Shown: positions 8,581 to 17,318, numbered from the stretch's first letter. The stretch is 64,000 bases of DNA from an uncultured Nitrospiraceae bacterium (GCA_963730935.1 CAVSTP010000004.1:992001-1056000), one strand, 5' to 3'. Notes: a model not told the origin generated them from the sequence alone. Translations and numbers: made by a program.

Positions 8581-9969
8581 TCATTGCGTTAGCTTCTTTT
8601 TGATAAAAGACAGGTTCTCGGGGGTAGATCGCACACGTATCTTTAGTCCCTCGGCAGTATATTCTTCGGACAAGATACGCATCCGAGCTCTGATCTCTCC
8701 AATGACCTCTTGAGCAGTAAACGGGATAGAGAACTCCTCGTCGATCATATCGCTCTCAAAGTACGTCATAATGCGCTCACGTAACGCTTTCACGTCTTCC
8801 TTGCTTCTCGTGGAAAGCAAAACGGCGTCGGGATATTTCGCCTTCAGTGACGCGAGCTCTTCCGGTCCGAGACGATCTCGTTTATTCAACACCAAGAGAC
8901 TGGGAACATCCGTGGCTCCAACTTCGGCTAACACCTTCCGCGTGACTTCGAGTTGGGATCGAAAGGACGGGTCTGAGACATCGACGACAAATAGCAACAG
9001 CGAGGCACTGGCCGCTTCATCAAGCGTCGACTTAAACGAAGCCACCAGGTCATGCGGGAGCTTTTTGATAAATCCAACCGTATCGGTCATGAGCACCTTC
9101 GGCCGCGTTTCAGGATACAGTGGCCGGATGGTGGTATCGAGTGTGGCAAACAGCTTGTCGGCCACGAGTACCTCGATTCCAGTCATGGCACGCATCAGCG
9201 ATGATTTGCCGGCATTGGTATAACCGACGAGAGCGACCGTCAATTCGTTTTCCCGTCTTGCGCGGCGCGTTTGATGTTCGTCCCCAATGGACGCCAATTC
9301 CGACCTGAGCTCTTTCATGCGATCGCGAATTCTGCGCTTATCGAGCTCAAGACTCGTCTCGCCTGCCCCTTTGCCTCTGCTTCCCCCGCTTTGCCGCTCT
9401 CTGCCGCCACCGGTTTCACGCAAACGTGGCGCAAGATAATTGAGTCTAGCGATCTCCACCTGGAGTCGGGCCGCTCGTGTACGAGCGTGTCGACTAAAAA
9501 TCTCAATGATGACACCGGTACGATCGAGCACAGGAACTCCGGCGGCACTTTCAAGATTTTTCAATTGTGACGGCGAAAGATCACAGTCCACGATGACTGT
9601 CTGCGCCTGTTTGACAGGAGTGGGTGAGACCTCGATCGTTTCAGCCGATTCGCCTTCCTCTGATTCATCCGCAGCGTCCGATGCAGCCGCCTCGCGCTTC
9701 AACGCCGCTTTGTTCGTCTTTCTGTCAACCGAAGCCGCTACTTTTCCAGTACCACCGGTCCACAGCGCCAATTCGGCGAGTTTTCCCTTACCCAGGACCG
9801 TTGCGAATTTATCGGAACTACGTTTTTGTCTGACTTGGCCGACGACATTGTACCCGAGGGTTTTCACAAGACGTGTGAGCTCGTGAAGGGAACTTTCTAA
9901 CTCTTCCCCGGTCACACGAGGAGTGTGGATCGCCACAAGAACGGCACTAGGTTGTGAGGGTTTCGACAT
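8581..9969 (-). CDS. hflX: ribosome-splitting GTPase HflX
   Basis: LDRTGVIIEIFSRHART, GAGETSLELDKRRI, GYTNAGKS, LFATLDTT, DTVGFI, NKRD. Confidence 0.95.
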   Translation of the reverse strand: MSKPSQPSAVLVAIHTPRVTGEELESSLHELTRLVKTLGYNVVGQVRQKRSSDKFATVLGKGKLAELALWTGGTGKVAASVDRKTNKAALKREAAASDAADESEEGESAETIEVSPTPVKQAQTVIVDCDLSPSQLKNLESAAGVPVLDRTGVIIEIFSRHARTRAARLQVEIARLNYLAPRLRETGGGRERQSGGSRGKGAGETSLELDKRRIRDRMKELRSELASIGDEHQTRRARRENELTVALVGYTNAGKSSLMRAMTGIEVLVADKLFATLDTTIRPLYPETRPKVLMTDTVGFIKKLPHDLVASFKSTLDEAASASLLLFVVDVSDPSFRSQLEVTRKVLAEVGATDVPSLLVLNKRDRLGPEELASLKAKYPDAVLLSTRSKEDVKALRERIMTYFESDMIDEEFSIPFTAQEVIGEIRARMRILSEEYTAEGLKIRVRSTPENLSFIKKKLTQ

Positions 9970-10215
9970 CGCTTGCTTTCCTTGACCACAATTCTGTGAG
10001 GGTATTGGATATTAACCGGGATTTCCGTTTGAGGGCTAGATCGCGTCGCGGTATATATACCCAACGGCCTCACCGTGCAACGGTTCCAGTCCTGCTTTCA
10101 GTCCATTCCACCGCCCTGGTCCTCGTTCGCTCGGCTGCGTAAAGGACGACGACTCGATGAATGAGTGGGACTGGAAAGGAATGATGGAAGCGACCCGTTG
10201 AAACCGAATGATTAT

Positions 10216-10321
10216 CTGCTACCAGGACAGGACAAACCAGCCCCATCTATACCCATAACCGGAGCTGTCTGCTTTGTGGTTTCTCGTGGAGATACGTTGT
10301 CTGAGGTTGGACTTTCGGAAA
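10216..10321 (+). mobile_element. element-side arm of an att junction
   Basis: begins CTGCTACCA (reverse complement of the TGGTAGCAG motif) and directly abuts the tRNA 3' fragment. Confidence 0.65.
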
Positions 10322-10366
10322 TTCGTAAACCGCAGGTCGCCCGTTCAATCCGGGTCGCCGGCTCCA
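10322..10366 (+). pseudogene. 3' half of tRNA-Thr(CGT), att-site remnant
   Basis: TTCGTAA anticodon loop, ACCGC, AGGTC, T-arm GCCCG-TTCAATC-CGGGT, CGCCGGC-T-CCA; no D-arm or 5' acceptor strand upstream. Confidence 0.85.
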
Positions 10367-10434
10367 GTTCCGGTGATTGAACTCGTTCGAATCATGTATA
10401 GGGATTGCTGTCAAAGCGATGACCTGGGGCCGAC

Positions 10435-10464
10435 TTGACGGAGGCTCATAACGGAGGCTAAAGT
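10435..10464 (+). promoter_or_regulatory. sigma70-like promoter
   Basis: TTGACG-N18-TAAAGT. Confidence 0.5.
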
Positions 10465-10491
10465 CTTCCAACCTCATGACCAATCACCACA

Positions 10492-10551
10492 ACCTGCCTG
10501 CGGCCCTCCCTGGAAGGCCACGACCGCCGGACAAACGTGAGGAAGGCGGTC
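10492..10551 (+). repeat. conserved two-hairpin 5' leader element, copy 2
   Basis: aligns with 262-317; CGACCGCC/GGCGGTCG stem closes just before the ATG at 10556. Confidence 0.7.
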
Positions 10552-10555
10552 GCGC

Positions 10556-11008
10556 ATGCAGAGTTCATCACCAACGACTACATCGGGAAAATCTGAGTGC
10601 ACTGTTCTCTTGATCGAGGATGATTCAGAGCAATTGGCGTATTGGGCCAGTGCACTTAGAAACTGCTCATCCCATTATTCGGTGTTGGAAGCGGCAAGCG
10701 GTGAAGAAGGCCTCGACCTGCTCAAGTACCAGAAAGTCGACTGCGTTGTCTTGGATCTGGATCTGTCGACCTCATCAGGTTTCCAATTCTTGTTTGAGCT
10801 AGTCCCCAACCGTAACCGGCCAGAGATCGCCGTACTCATTCTGAGTCGTCTACAGAATCCCACACTGGAAACGGTGGCGCTGGAGAATGGTGCCCAAGCC
10901 TATCTAATTAAGCAGCACACGTCGGCTGACGCACTCGACAAAGCGATCCAGAAAGCTGAGGCCGCTGTGGCATCTGGGCTGGGTAAAAAGCCCAAGGTCT
11001 GTGCCTAA
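10556..11008 (+). CDS. single-domain response regulator (receiver)
   Basis: VLLIEDD, VVLDLDL..SSG, LILS, AYLIK. Confidence 0.85.
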   Translation: MQSSSPTTTSGKSECTVLLIEDDSEQLAYWASALRNCSSHYSVLEAASGEEGLDLLKYQKVDCVVLDLDLSTSSGFQFLFELVPNRNRPEIAVLILSRLQNPTLETVALENGAQAYLIKQHTSADALDKAIQKAEAAVASGLGKKPKVCA

Positions 11009-11433
11009 ACTGCCTCCTTTCGTTCGCACACGCTTGAACCGCTGATCTTCTTGTCGAGGCGTTCGGCTCTAGACACCCACCCAGTGTGACCTCTCAGCGA
11101 CCCAGTGTATCTCTGGCCGGAATATGTCCCTCATGCAACTTGTGACTGAATTCCTGCTGAAAGGCAAAGAGCTATGCAAGCGCCTGCGTTCTAAGGAGGG
11201 AACGACCCTTTCCAAGGGCGACCTGCACCTATTGAGGGAGCAGCTACAGCTTCTCGATACCGAAGCGGCGAATCTACTGAATCAGAAGGAGGGAGGAGAG
11301 TGACCGGCCTAGAGTGACCCTCAGACCGCCTGTGTCGTTCGCCGTCTTCGCATCCACATAACCAATGGCACTCAGTCGCCAACGTTTTACCGACGGACGT
11401 CAGATGACTCCGCATGAAAGGACCACCTTTCTC

Positions 11434-11466
11434 AGGTGCCACCAATGGCACCCTCTTCTGTAACTC
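11434..11466 (+). repeat. element-end motif, copy 1 (copy 2 at 13203-13233)
   Basis: AGGTGCCACCAATGGCACCCTCTTCTGTAACTC. Confidence 0.6.
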
Positions 11467-11560
11467 CTTGAATTTGTTTGCTGCGAAATGTCACTTTTTT
11501 CACTGTTTTTTCGTTGAACTGATTGATTTATTAAGGCTTTCTCGTGCCCTAAAAAGGCTG

Positions 11561-11593
11561 GTGTCGACAGTTCGATTCTGTCCCTCGGCACCA
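11561..11593 (+). pseudogene. 3' fragment of a tRNA (Phe-like), att-site remnant
   Basis: GTGTC-GACAG-TTCGATT-CTGTC-CCTCGGC-A-CCA; upstream is AT-rich non-tRNA sequence; Phe identity recalled from the acceptor sequence only. Confidence 0.8.
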
Positions 11594-11779
11594 TCTTTCC
11601 ACTCCCTACGCGATCCTGAACTAGTTCGACGTAGATCGATGACACTTCTAGTGCCACCTGGAACGCGTTTTTTGCTCTTTGGGACTAATTTCCTCTCGTA
11701 ATTTCTGCTCGGTAAATACCAGCCGTGAAACCGCATCTCGTAGACGCGAATCCCGCGGCATAGACCGCGAAAAACAGAC

Positions 11780-11813
11780 AAAAAAAGGGTGCCATGCTTT
11801 CATGGCACCCTTT
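11780..11813 (-). terminator. intrinsic terminator of RRM gene
   Basis: GGGTGCCATG-AAAG-CATGGCACCC followed by T7 on the minus strand. Confidence 0.85.
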
Positions 11814-11838
11814 CGCCTGCTCGATTAGCGTGAGCCGC

Positions 11839-12165
11839 TTACCAGCGATCGCGCTTTCCACCGGGACCACGGCCACCGCCGCCACCGAATCCACCGCCGC
11901 CGCCACCGGAACGCTGCTCCATCGGTTTCGCTTCATTGACCGTTAACGTGCGGCCACCCATGTCCGAGCCATTAAGCGCCGTGATCGCGGCTTTCGCCTC
12001 AGAATCCGAGGACATCTCCACGAAGCCAAATCCGCGGGACTGTCCCGTGAACTTGTCTGCGATGATCCTCGCAGAAGCCACCGTGCCATGCGCCCCAAAC
12101 AAATCGTTCAACTGCTGCTCGGTCGCCGAATAGGGCAACCCACCGACGTAAAGTTTCGAACCCAT
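11839..12165 (-). CDS. RRM (RNP-1) RNA-binding protein with Gly-rich tail
   Basis: KLYVGGLPY, SRGFGFVEM, LTVNEAKP, GGGG tail; RBS AAGGAGG. Confidence 0.95.
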   Translation of the reverse strand: MGSKLYVGGLPYSATEQQLNDLFGAHGTVASARIIADKFTGQSRGFGFVEMSSDSEAKAAITALNGSDMGGRTLTVNEAKPMEQRSGGGGGGFGGGGGRGPGGKRDRW

Positions 12166-12355
12166 GTGGGGTTCCTCCTTTGAATATGACATTGTCTTGA
12201 ACACGAGGAACGGGGGAAGGAGCGGGCCGAAGACGCGAGACATGCGGCGACTTGGGTCTGACTTCCGACGAGATTCCCGGACAAGGCAACATCGATGTTG
12301 CGGGCCTTCCTCATTGAACCAGCTTCGTCGCGAGGCCCGTACGACGATAGACTCA

Positions 12356-12384
12356 ACCGTAACACAGGGAGTGGTTGTTTACAA
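12356..12384 (-). promoter_or_regulatory. sigma70-like promoter of RRM gene (long ~185-nt 5' UTR)
   Basis: TTGTAA-N17-TACGGT with TG extension. Confidence 0.55.
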
Positions 12385-12386
12385 CC

Positions 12387-12872
12387 TTACATATGATGGA
12401 CAGAGGGTGAACGGTGAAATTGCTCCACCACTGGGAACGTCAGGGACGCAAAGTCCCAGTAGCGCATGCGGATCGCTTCCGAATGAGTCCCGGCTTGGAA
12501 GACGATCTCCTCGTCCTCCACGAGTGATTGATCAACATATACAGGGAGCCCGTAGAGATGCCCAAAGGGCGGCATTGCACCCAACTCACAGTCCGGAAAC
12601 ATGTTCTTGAACTCCTCCTCGGTCGCGAGCCGCACTTGGTGAGTGGCGAACACAATCCTCAAGCGGTGGAAATCCACACACCAGCTTGCCGGCAACACCA
12701 TCATAATGAACCGCTGATCCACTTTCACGATTACAACTTTGGCCATCTCCTTTTCCGGAGTATGGAGCATCTGAGCGATGGCCACAGCATGAAACGCCTC
12801 CGGGTGGGGCAGTACGTCATAATGTACCCGTTCGTGATCAAGATAGGCTTTGAGTATCCGTGAAATTGACAT
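12387..12872 (-). CDS. YbaK/EbsC family aminoacyl-tRNA deacylase
   Basis: MAKVVIVK, RLATEEE..FPDCELGAMPPFG, FQAGTH. Confidence 0.9.
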   Translation of the reverse strand: MSISRILKAYLDHERVHYDVLPHPEAFHAVAIAQMLHTPEKEMAKVVIVKVDQRFIMMVLPASWCVDFHRLRIVFATHQVRLATEEEFKNMFPDCELGAMPPFGHLYGLPVYVDQSLVEDEEIVFQAGTHSEAIRMRYWDFASLTFPVVEQFHRSPSVHHM

Positions 12873-13202
12873 GGTGCCACCTCCTGAGGTCCCCTATCTC
12901 CGTAAGCAAAGCCTTACGCCTTCGAAAGCGATACTGCTGTGAAAGGTGAACTGCGAATCGCAAGAATTAACTCGCATCGAGCGTAGGCTTTCAGTCTAGA
13001 GCAGTCAAGAGGGCATCTTTGAAAAGTCCAATCTAGGTTGACCGAGATTTGGATTGACCGTTGCACACAGGGGCGTCGCTCCTTCCACCGGAACTGGCTG
13101 GCAAAGTCCCTGTCAGCAGAAACGTACAAGTAGCTCCATTAGCGAGACCTTTCGGGTAGGAGCGAGCGGCCATACCTTAAAGCAGTGGGCAGCGAAGTAA
13201 GA

Positions 13203-13233
13203 AGGTGCCACCAGGCACCTCATTCTGTAACTC
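13203..13233 (+). repeat. element-end motif, copy 2
   Basis: AGGTGCCACCAGGCACCTCATTCTGTAACTC. Confidence 0.6.
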
Positions 13234-13407
13234 TTTTCTCCCTTTACGGTGCGATAGCGCGGTATATAGATGGCTTAGGAACCCGCCAGGTCACTTTGCC
13301 AGCCTTTGCGGATGCGGGGGGATGCTGAGACCATCATGGCTGGTACTGGTCGCCGCTCTGTCGAGATTATCCCAAAACCTTTGCTGACACTAAGGCCCAC
13401 ATTTTTC

Positions 13408-13827
13408 TCAGTTTTCGTGATAGAGCGCCAGGAGTTGATCAAGCTGCGCCTGAACTGCAATCAGTTCGTGTTCGCCCTTTGGATTGACACGGATAGCCTG
13501 AACCCCTTCCACCGGCACCGCTTCGTCGTCAATCCAAAACACTTCTTGTTCAACTAGGAGTTTCACGGCTTCCGCGATCCACACGGTCTTGTTGGCATAG
13601 TTAGTCCACTCTGCGTAACGAAATTGGCTTATCAGATTGGCGTTATAGGTTACCGTCAGGAATGCCTTAACCTTCTCTTGATCCCATGAAGTCAACCAAA
13701 TCACTTCAAACTGCTCAAATGCCCATTCCAACCAAGCGTTCACTCCAGGGCGCAACTGGAATGCGCCTTCGTAATCGCCGAACAACACACCGTCGATATC
13801 GTGAAATAGGATGGGCTTCGCGGTCAC
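13408..13827 (-). CDS. HAD-superfamily phosphatase (Swiss-army-knife-like HAD domain)
   Basis: LFHDIDGVL, IWLTSW, K, FWIDDE motifs; AT-rich. Confidence 0.75.
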   Translation of the reverse strand: MTAKPILFHDIDGVLFGDYEGAFQLRPGVNAWLEWAFEQFEVIWLTSWDQEKVKAFLTVTYNANLISQFRYAEWTNYANKTVWIAEAVKLLVEQEVFWIDDEAVPVEGVQAIRVNPKGEHELIAVQAQLDQLLALYHEN

Positions 13828-14096
13828 GTCAACAAGCCTAGCAGAGGATTATTAAAATCATGAGGTATACCCGCCAAGAGTCGAACTGTTGCGGGTGAGT
13901 ATTGGGCCTGCCTAACCTAGCAAGTCTGTTGGGCCTTTTTCGTCGGGTCCTTTTTTGGCAAAAGGTCGACATCGGAAGGCGGGGCCATCCCCCGGTGAGC
14001 GGATCCGAACAGCTTGGGCGAATTGAAATGGAAAGGCACCCGGGGGTCCGCCTGCCCCGCTGCTCCCTGTCACCGGCGCCGGCATCTGCCCCCTTC

Positions 14097-14903
14097 TCAG
14101 TCTTCGGCGTCGATCCTTCGCAAATAGTGGAGCGCAATGGCCGCAGTGGCCGCGACATTGAGCGACTCAATGTGTCGGCTCAGCGGAATGGTGAAGCGGC
14201 ATGCAGCCTGCTTGATCGTGTGAAGGGAAAGTCCGCGGCTTTCATTTCCAACAGCGACGATCATACGCTTCGGAATGGTTCGGATCGTCTCCATGCTGAC
14301 TGCTTGGCCCTCCGCGGCTTCGGCGGCAAACAGCACCAAGCCCTTTCTAGTCAGGCTCGCCACATCCTCAACAACGAAAATCGGCAGGGAAAGCACAGCG
14401 CCGGCCGATGCCCGCACCACTTTTGGATTGTAAATATCCGCTGACTCGGGGGTCAGCCACAGGGCATCAATATTCAACGCTGCCGCCGTACGGATGATCG
14501 CCCCCACATTGGCGGGATCTTGCAACTGCTCCCCATACAACCCGAAAAGCCTGGATTGCCCAAAAAGCATTTCCTGATTCCAACGCGGCTGTTTCACGAC
14601 AGCAAGAATGCCTTGGGGGCTTTCGAGATTCGAGAAGGCGGAGAAGATGCGGCTCGAAGAGCGGAATGAGGGAATATTCAGAGATTCCCGAAGGAGACGT
14701 TGCTGGTGGCTTTCCCGCCGTTCGTAATCGGCAGCGAGTACCAAACTCTGGACACTGGCCGGATGATGCAGGAGCACATCACAAACGGGCTTGGCGCCCT
14801 CGATGATGAAGGCGCCTTGAGCGTTTCGAGCCCGCTTATCTCGGAGGAGTTCTCGAATGCGCGCCGATTGCGCGCGCGTCAATAAGTTGGCAGGTGCGGA
14901 CAA
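14097..14903 (-). CDS. TrmH/SpoU family RNA methyltransferase
   Basis: LQDPANVGAIIRTA, KVVRASAG, VGNESRG, ESLNVA. Confidence 0.92.
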   Translation of the reverse strand: MSAPANLLTRAQSARIRELLRDKRARNAQGAFIIEGAKPVCDVLLHHPASVQSLVLAADYERRESHQQRLLRESLNIPSFRSSSRIFSAFSNLESPQGILAVVKQPRWNQEMLFGQSRLFGLYGEQLQDPANVGAIIRTAAALNIDALWLTPESADIYNPKVVRASAGAVLSLPIFVVEDVASLTRKGLVLFAAEAAEGQAVSMETIRTIPKRMIVAVGNESRGLSLHTIKQAACRFTIPLSRHIESLNVAATAAIALHYLRRIDAED

Positions 14904-14918
14904 TCGAGCCGTCTGCGA

Positions 14919-15260
14919 TTACCGACGCTTCCTGCCGGATGCCGCTTCCGCCGCACGAATCCGCTGTGCCCTTGCTTTCGCACGCTTGAGCAGGGTCAGC
15001 TTGCCGCGAGTCCGATCGTCCTCATGCTGCAACTGCTCGAGTTGAGATTTGAGGTGGGCCTTCTCCTGCTTGTGCAAGGTTGCACATTCTTCACGGGAGA
15101 GCTGCACCCAATCCCCGCTGGTGTTGGCTCGCTTGATCCGTTGCTCCAATGATTCGCGCAACTGTTTGTTCCGCATAGAAAGGAGCGACTTCAGGGCCTG
15201 TCTCCGTCGCTGTACCTCTTCCTCCTCCGCCATGATCCCGCGAATATCTGTCCCCAACAT
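14919..15260 (-). CDS. coiled-coil hypothetical protein
   Basis: RBS AAGGAGG; charged helical sequence. Confidence 0.75.
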   Translation of the reverse strand: MLGTDIRGIMAEEEEVQRRRQALKSLLSMRNKQLRESLEQRIKRANTSGDWVQLSREECATLHKQEKAHLKSQLEQLQHEDDRTRGKLTLLKRAKARAQRIRAAEAASGRKRR

Positions 15261-15430
15261 GATCCGCCTCCTTACGCTCCAAGAATGAATTGTGCGCTAT
15301 TGTACCCGATTTCATTGCTCACCTTCCACAGGGAGAATTCAATCGTAAGGTATTGATTACAAGCATAAAATTGGCGAAGCATCTCCAGGCGACGGTTGCC
15401 ATGAATTCCTCGCTTCGGATATCATCGCGC

Positions 15431-15889
15431 ATGGCCATCGGTTCGCAGATCCAAGCCTGGCGCCTGTCCCGGGGTTTTTCACCGGAGTATCTCGCCGCTG
15501 AAGCCGGCATTTCATTGCAAGCACTTGACGAGATCGAGGCCGAATCACTGGATCCCTCGACCGGCACGCTGGAACGGCTGGCAACCGCCATGAAGATTCC
15601 CGTCGCCTGGCTGTTTGCTCATCCCGACACCTTCGATCTGCTCTTTCATGAGTCTGAGGAGAAAGACGAGACACCGAATGGTCCGGACCCGGTCACGGAA
15701 CGGATCCTCGCCGGCTCGAGGATGGACCGCTCGCTCTATGTCATGCTCACGGCACTGATCCAGAGCGGCGAACCCAAATTGCTGCGTGCCGCGGAAATGA
15801 GCCTCAAGAGTCTGGTCAAGCAATCCAAGCAGTCCACGGTTCCATGGCAGAACCGCCCCTCCGGCCACTTTGAACCACCCAGCGACTGA
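15431..15889 (+). CDS. XRE-family HTH transcriptional regulator
   Basis: IQAWRLSRGFSPEYLAAEAGISLQALDEIE..PSTGTLERLA. Confidence 0.88.
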   Translation: MAIGSQIQAWRLSRGFSPEYLAAEAGISLQALDEIEAESLDPSTGTLERLATAMKIPVAWLFAHPDTFDLLFHESEEKDETPNGPDPVTERILAGSRMDRSLYVMLTALIQSGEPKLLRAAEMSLKSLVKQSKQSTVPWQNRPSGHFEPPSD

Positions 15890-15972
15890 TGAATCTCACG
15901 CCGACCGGCGAATCAAAGTTCGTACGCCTGCGTCTTTCCGGTGGTTGCGCGCTTCTGAATTATGAGGAGAGG

Positions 15973-17166
15973 TTAGAGAACTTGCAGAATGAAACACTTG
16001 AGATACCGCGTTTCTGGCATCGTTGCGAGAATGGGATGGTCCGAAGCCTGCCCCCGCTGCTCCAGTAACCGAACCGACCGCTTGGCATCCTGCGCTGCCC
16101 GTCCAAGCACCTTCCACAGGTCCGCATCCGAGACGTGATGTGAACAGGAGCTGGTGACGACGATCCCCTCCGGTTTCGTTAAACGAATCCCCAGCAAATT
16201 GATGTCCTTGTATCCGGCCAACGCTCGCGGGACAGCCTGTTTGCTGCGAGCAAACGCGGGCGGGTCGAGAAGTACCACATCAAATTGCCTGCCGGTTTGT
16301 TCCAACCGACGCAGTTCTTCAAAGGCATCCGCAGCACGATACGAACACCGTTCTTGAACGCCGTTAAGGCGAGCGTGCTCCCGCGCGAGGATCAGTGCCT
16401 CCTCGCTGACATCCAATCCTTCCACATGGCTCGCCCCAGCGAGTGCTGCTTGGATGCCGAATGCACCCGTGTGACAGAACACCTCCAGCACCTGCTTGCC
16501 TGCCGTCAAGCGCGCAGCGGCAAGGCGATTTTCGCGTTGATCGCAGAACCACCCGGTCTTTTGGCCACGGGCAATATCAACGAGAAACCGCGCCGCCCCC
16601 TCCCGTACCTCGATCGTGGTGCCTCCGTCCCCCCGCAAGAACCCAGTCACCGGCGACAACCCTTCCAACAAGCGGCTCTTGGCATCGTTTCGAAGGTAGA
16701 CCCGGGCGCTCGTCGTTGCCTTGCACAGGAGATCGGCCAACATCTCTTTGCGGCGATCCATCCCGCTCGAGAGCGTTTGCATCACCAGCACATCATCGTA
16801 TCGATCGACGATCAGCCCAGGTAACAGGTCCGCTTCGCCATAGGTCAGACGATAGGCGGTCGTGTCGGACGCAATTCGCGTCCGTAGCCGCACCGCCTGG
16901 GCAATCCGCTCCCTCCAGAAGGCCGGGGTGATCGATTCTTCTTGGAATGTAAGAATGCGGACACGAATTTTCGAGGCGGGATTGTAGAGCCCGCGCGCAT
17001 AGAAGCGACCGTTCGGCATCACGACATCGACGAGGTCTCCGGTAACCGGCTGCCCGCGGACGGCATGGATAAAGCCGGCATAAATCCACAGGTGACCGGT
17101 GCCTGCAATTTCGTTGGCGCGCGCCAATGTGACAACGCCTGTCGGAGTATCCTGCTCGGTAGTCAT
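15973..17166 (-). CDS. RlmI/RlmK-like class I SAM rRNA methyltransferase
   Basis: GHLWIY PUA domain, EADLLPGLIVDRY, GQKTGWFCDQRENR, LDPPAF, SSCSHH. Confidence 0.92.
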   Translation of the reverse strand: MTTEQDTPTGVVTLARANEIAGTGHLWIYAGFIHAVRGQPVTGDLVDVVMPNGRFYARGLYNPASKIRVRILTFQEESITPAFWRERIAQAVRLRTRIASDTTAYRLTYGEADLLPGLIVDRYDDVLVMQTLSSGMDRRKEMLADLLCKATTSARVYLRNDAKSRLLEGLSPVTGFLRGDGGTTIEVREGAARFLVDIARGQKTGWFCDQRENRLAAARLTAGKQVLEVFCHTGAFGIQAALAGASHVEGLDVSEEALILAREHARLNGVQERCSYRAADAFEELRRLEQTGRQFDVVLLDPPAFARSKQAVPRALAGYKDINLLGIRLTKPEGIVVTSSCSHHVSDADLWKVLGRAAQDAKRSVRLLEQRGQASDHPILATMPETRYLKCFILQVL

Positions 17167-17318
17167 GCGGTAGTTATCCGATGGAGATGGCCGAAGGTCA
17201 AGCCCGTGACCGCGTGAATGTACTCCGTTCTGTCTATGCTTGACGGGTCGCGCCCGCTGTGCTTTGCTGGGGCCAGACATCGATCGGCAGGTGTCCGTGT
17301 CGGGCGGGCAGCGTGACA

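Noticed and set aside
8387..8584. 65-aa ORF downstream of hflX
   Set aside because: It has no recognisable motif and spans junction DNA with degenerate arm motifs; the ATGA overlap alone is insufficient.
10247..10483. 78-aa ORF containing WSRRPGLNGRPAVYE
   Set aside because: This is the antisense translation of the tRNA-Thr fragment, not a gene.
10290..11593. intact tRNA genes
   Set aside because: Neither fragment has a D-arm or 5' acceptor strand; they are called att remnants.
11400..11657. 85-aa ORF containing MVPRDRIELSTPAF
   Set aside because: This is the antisense translation of the Phe-like tRNA fragment.
11860..11910. GCCACC/GCCGCC tandem repeats
   Set aside because: These simply encode the Gly-rich tail of the RRM protein.
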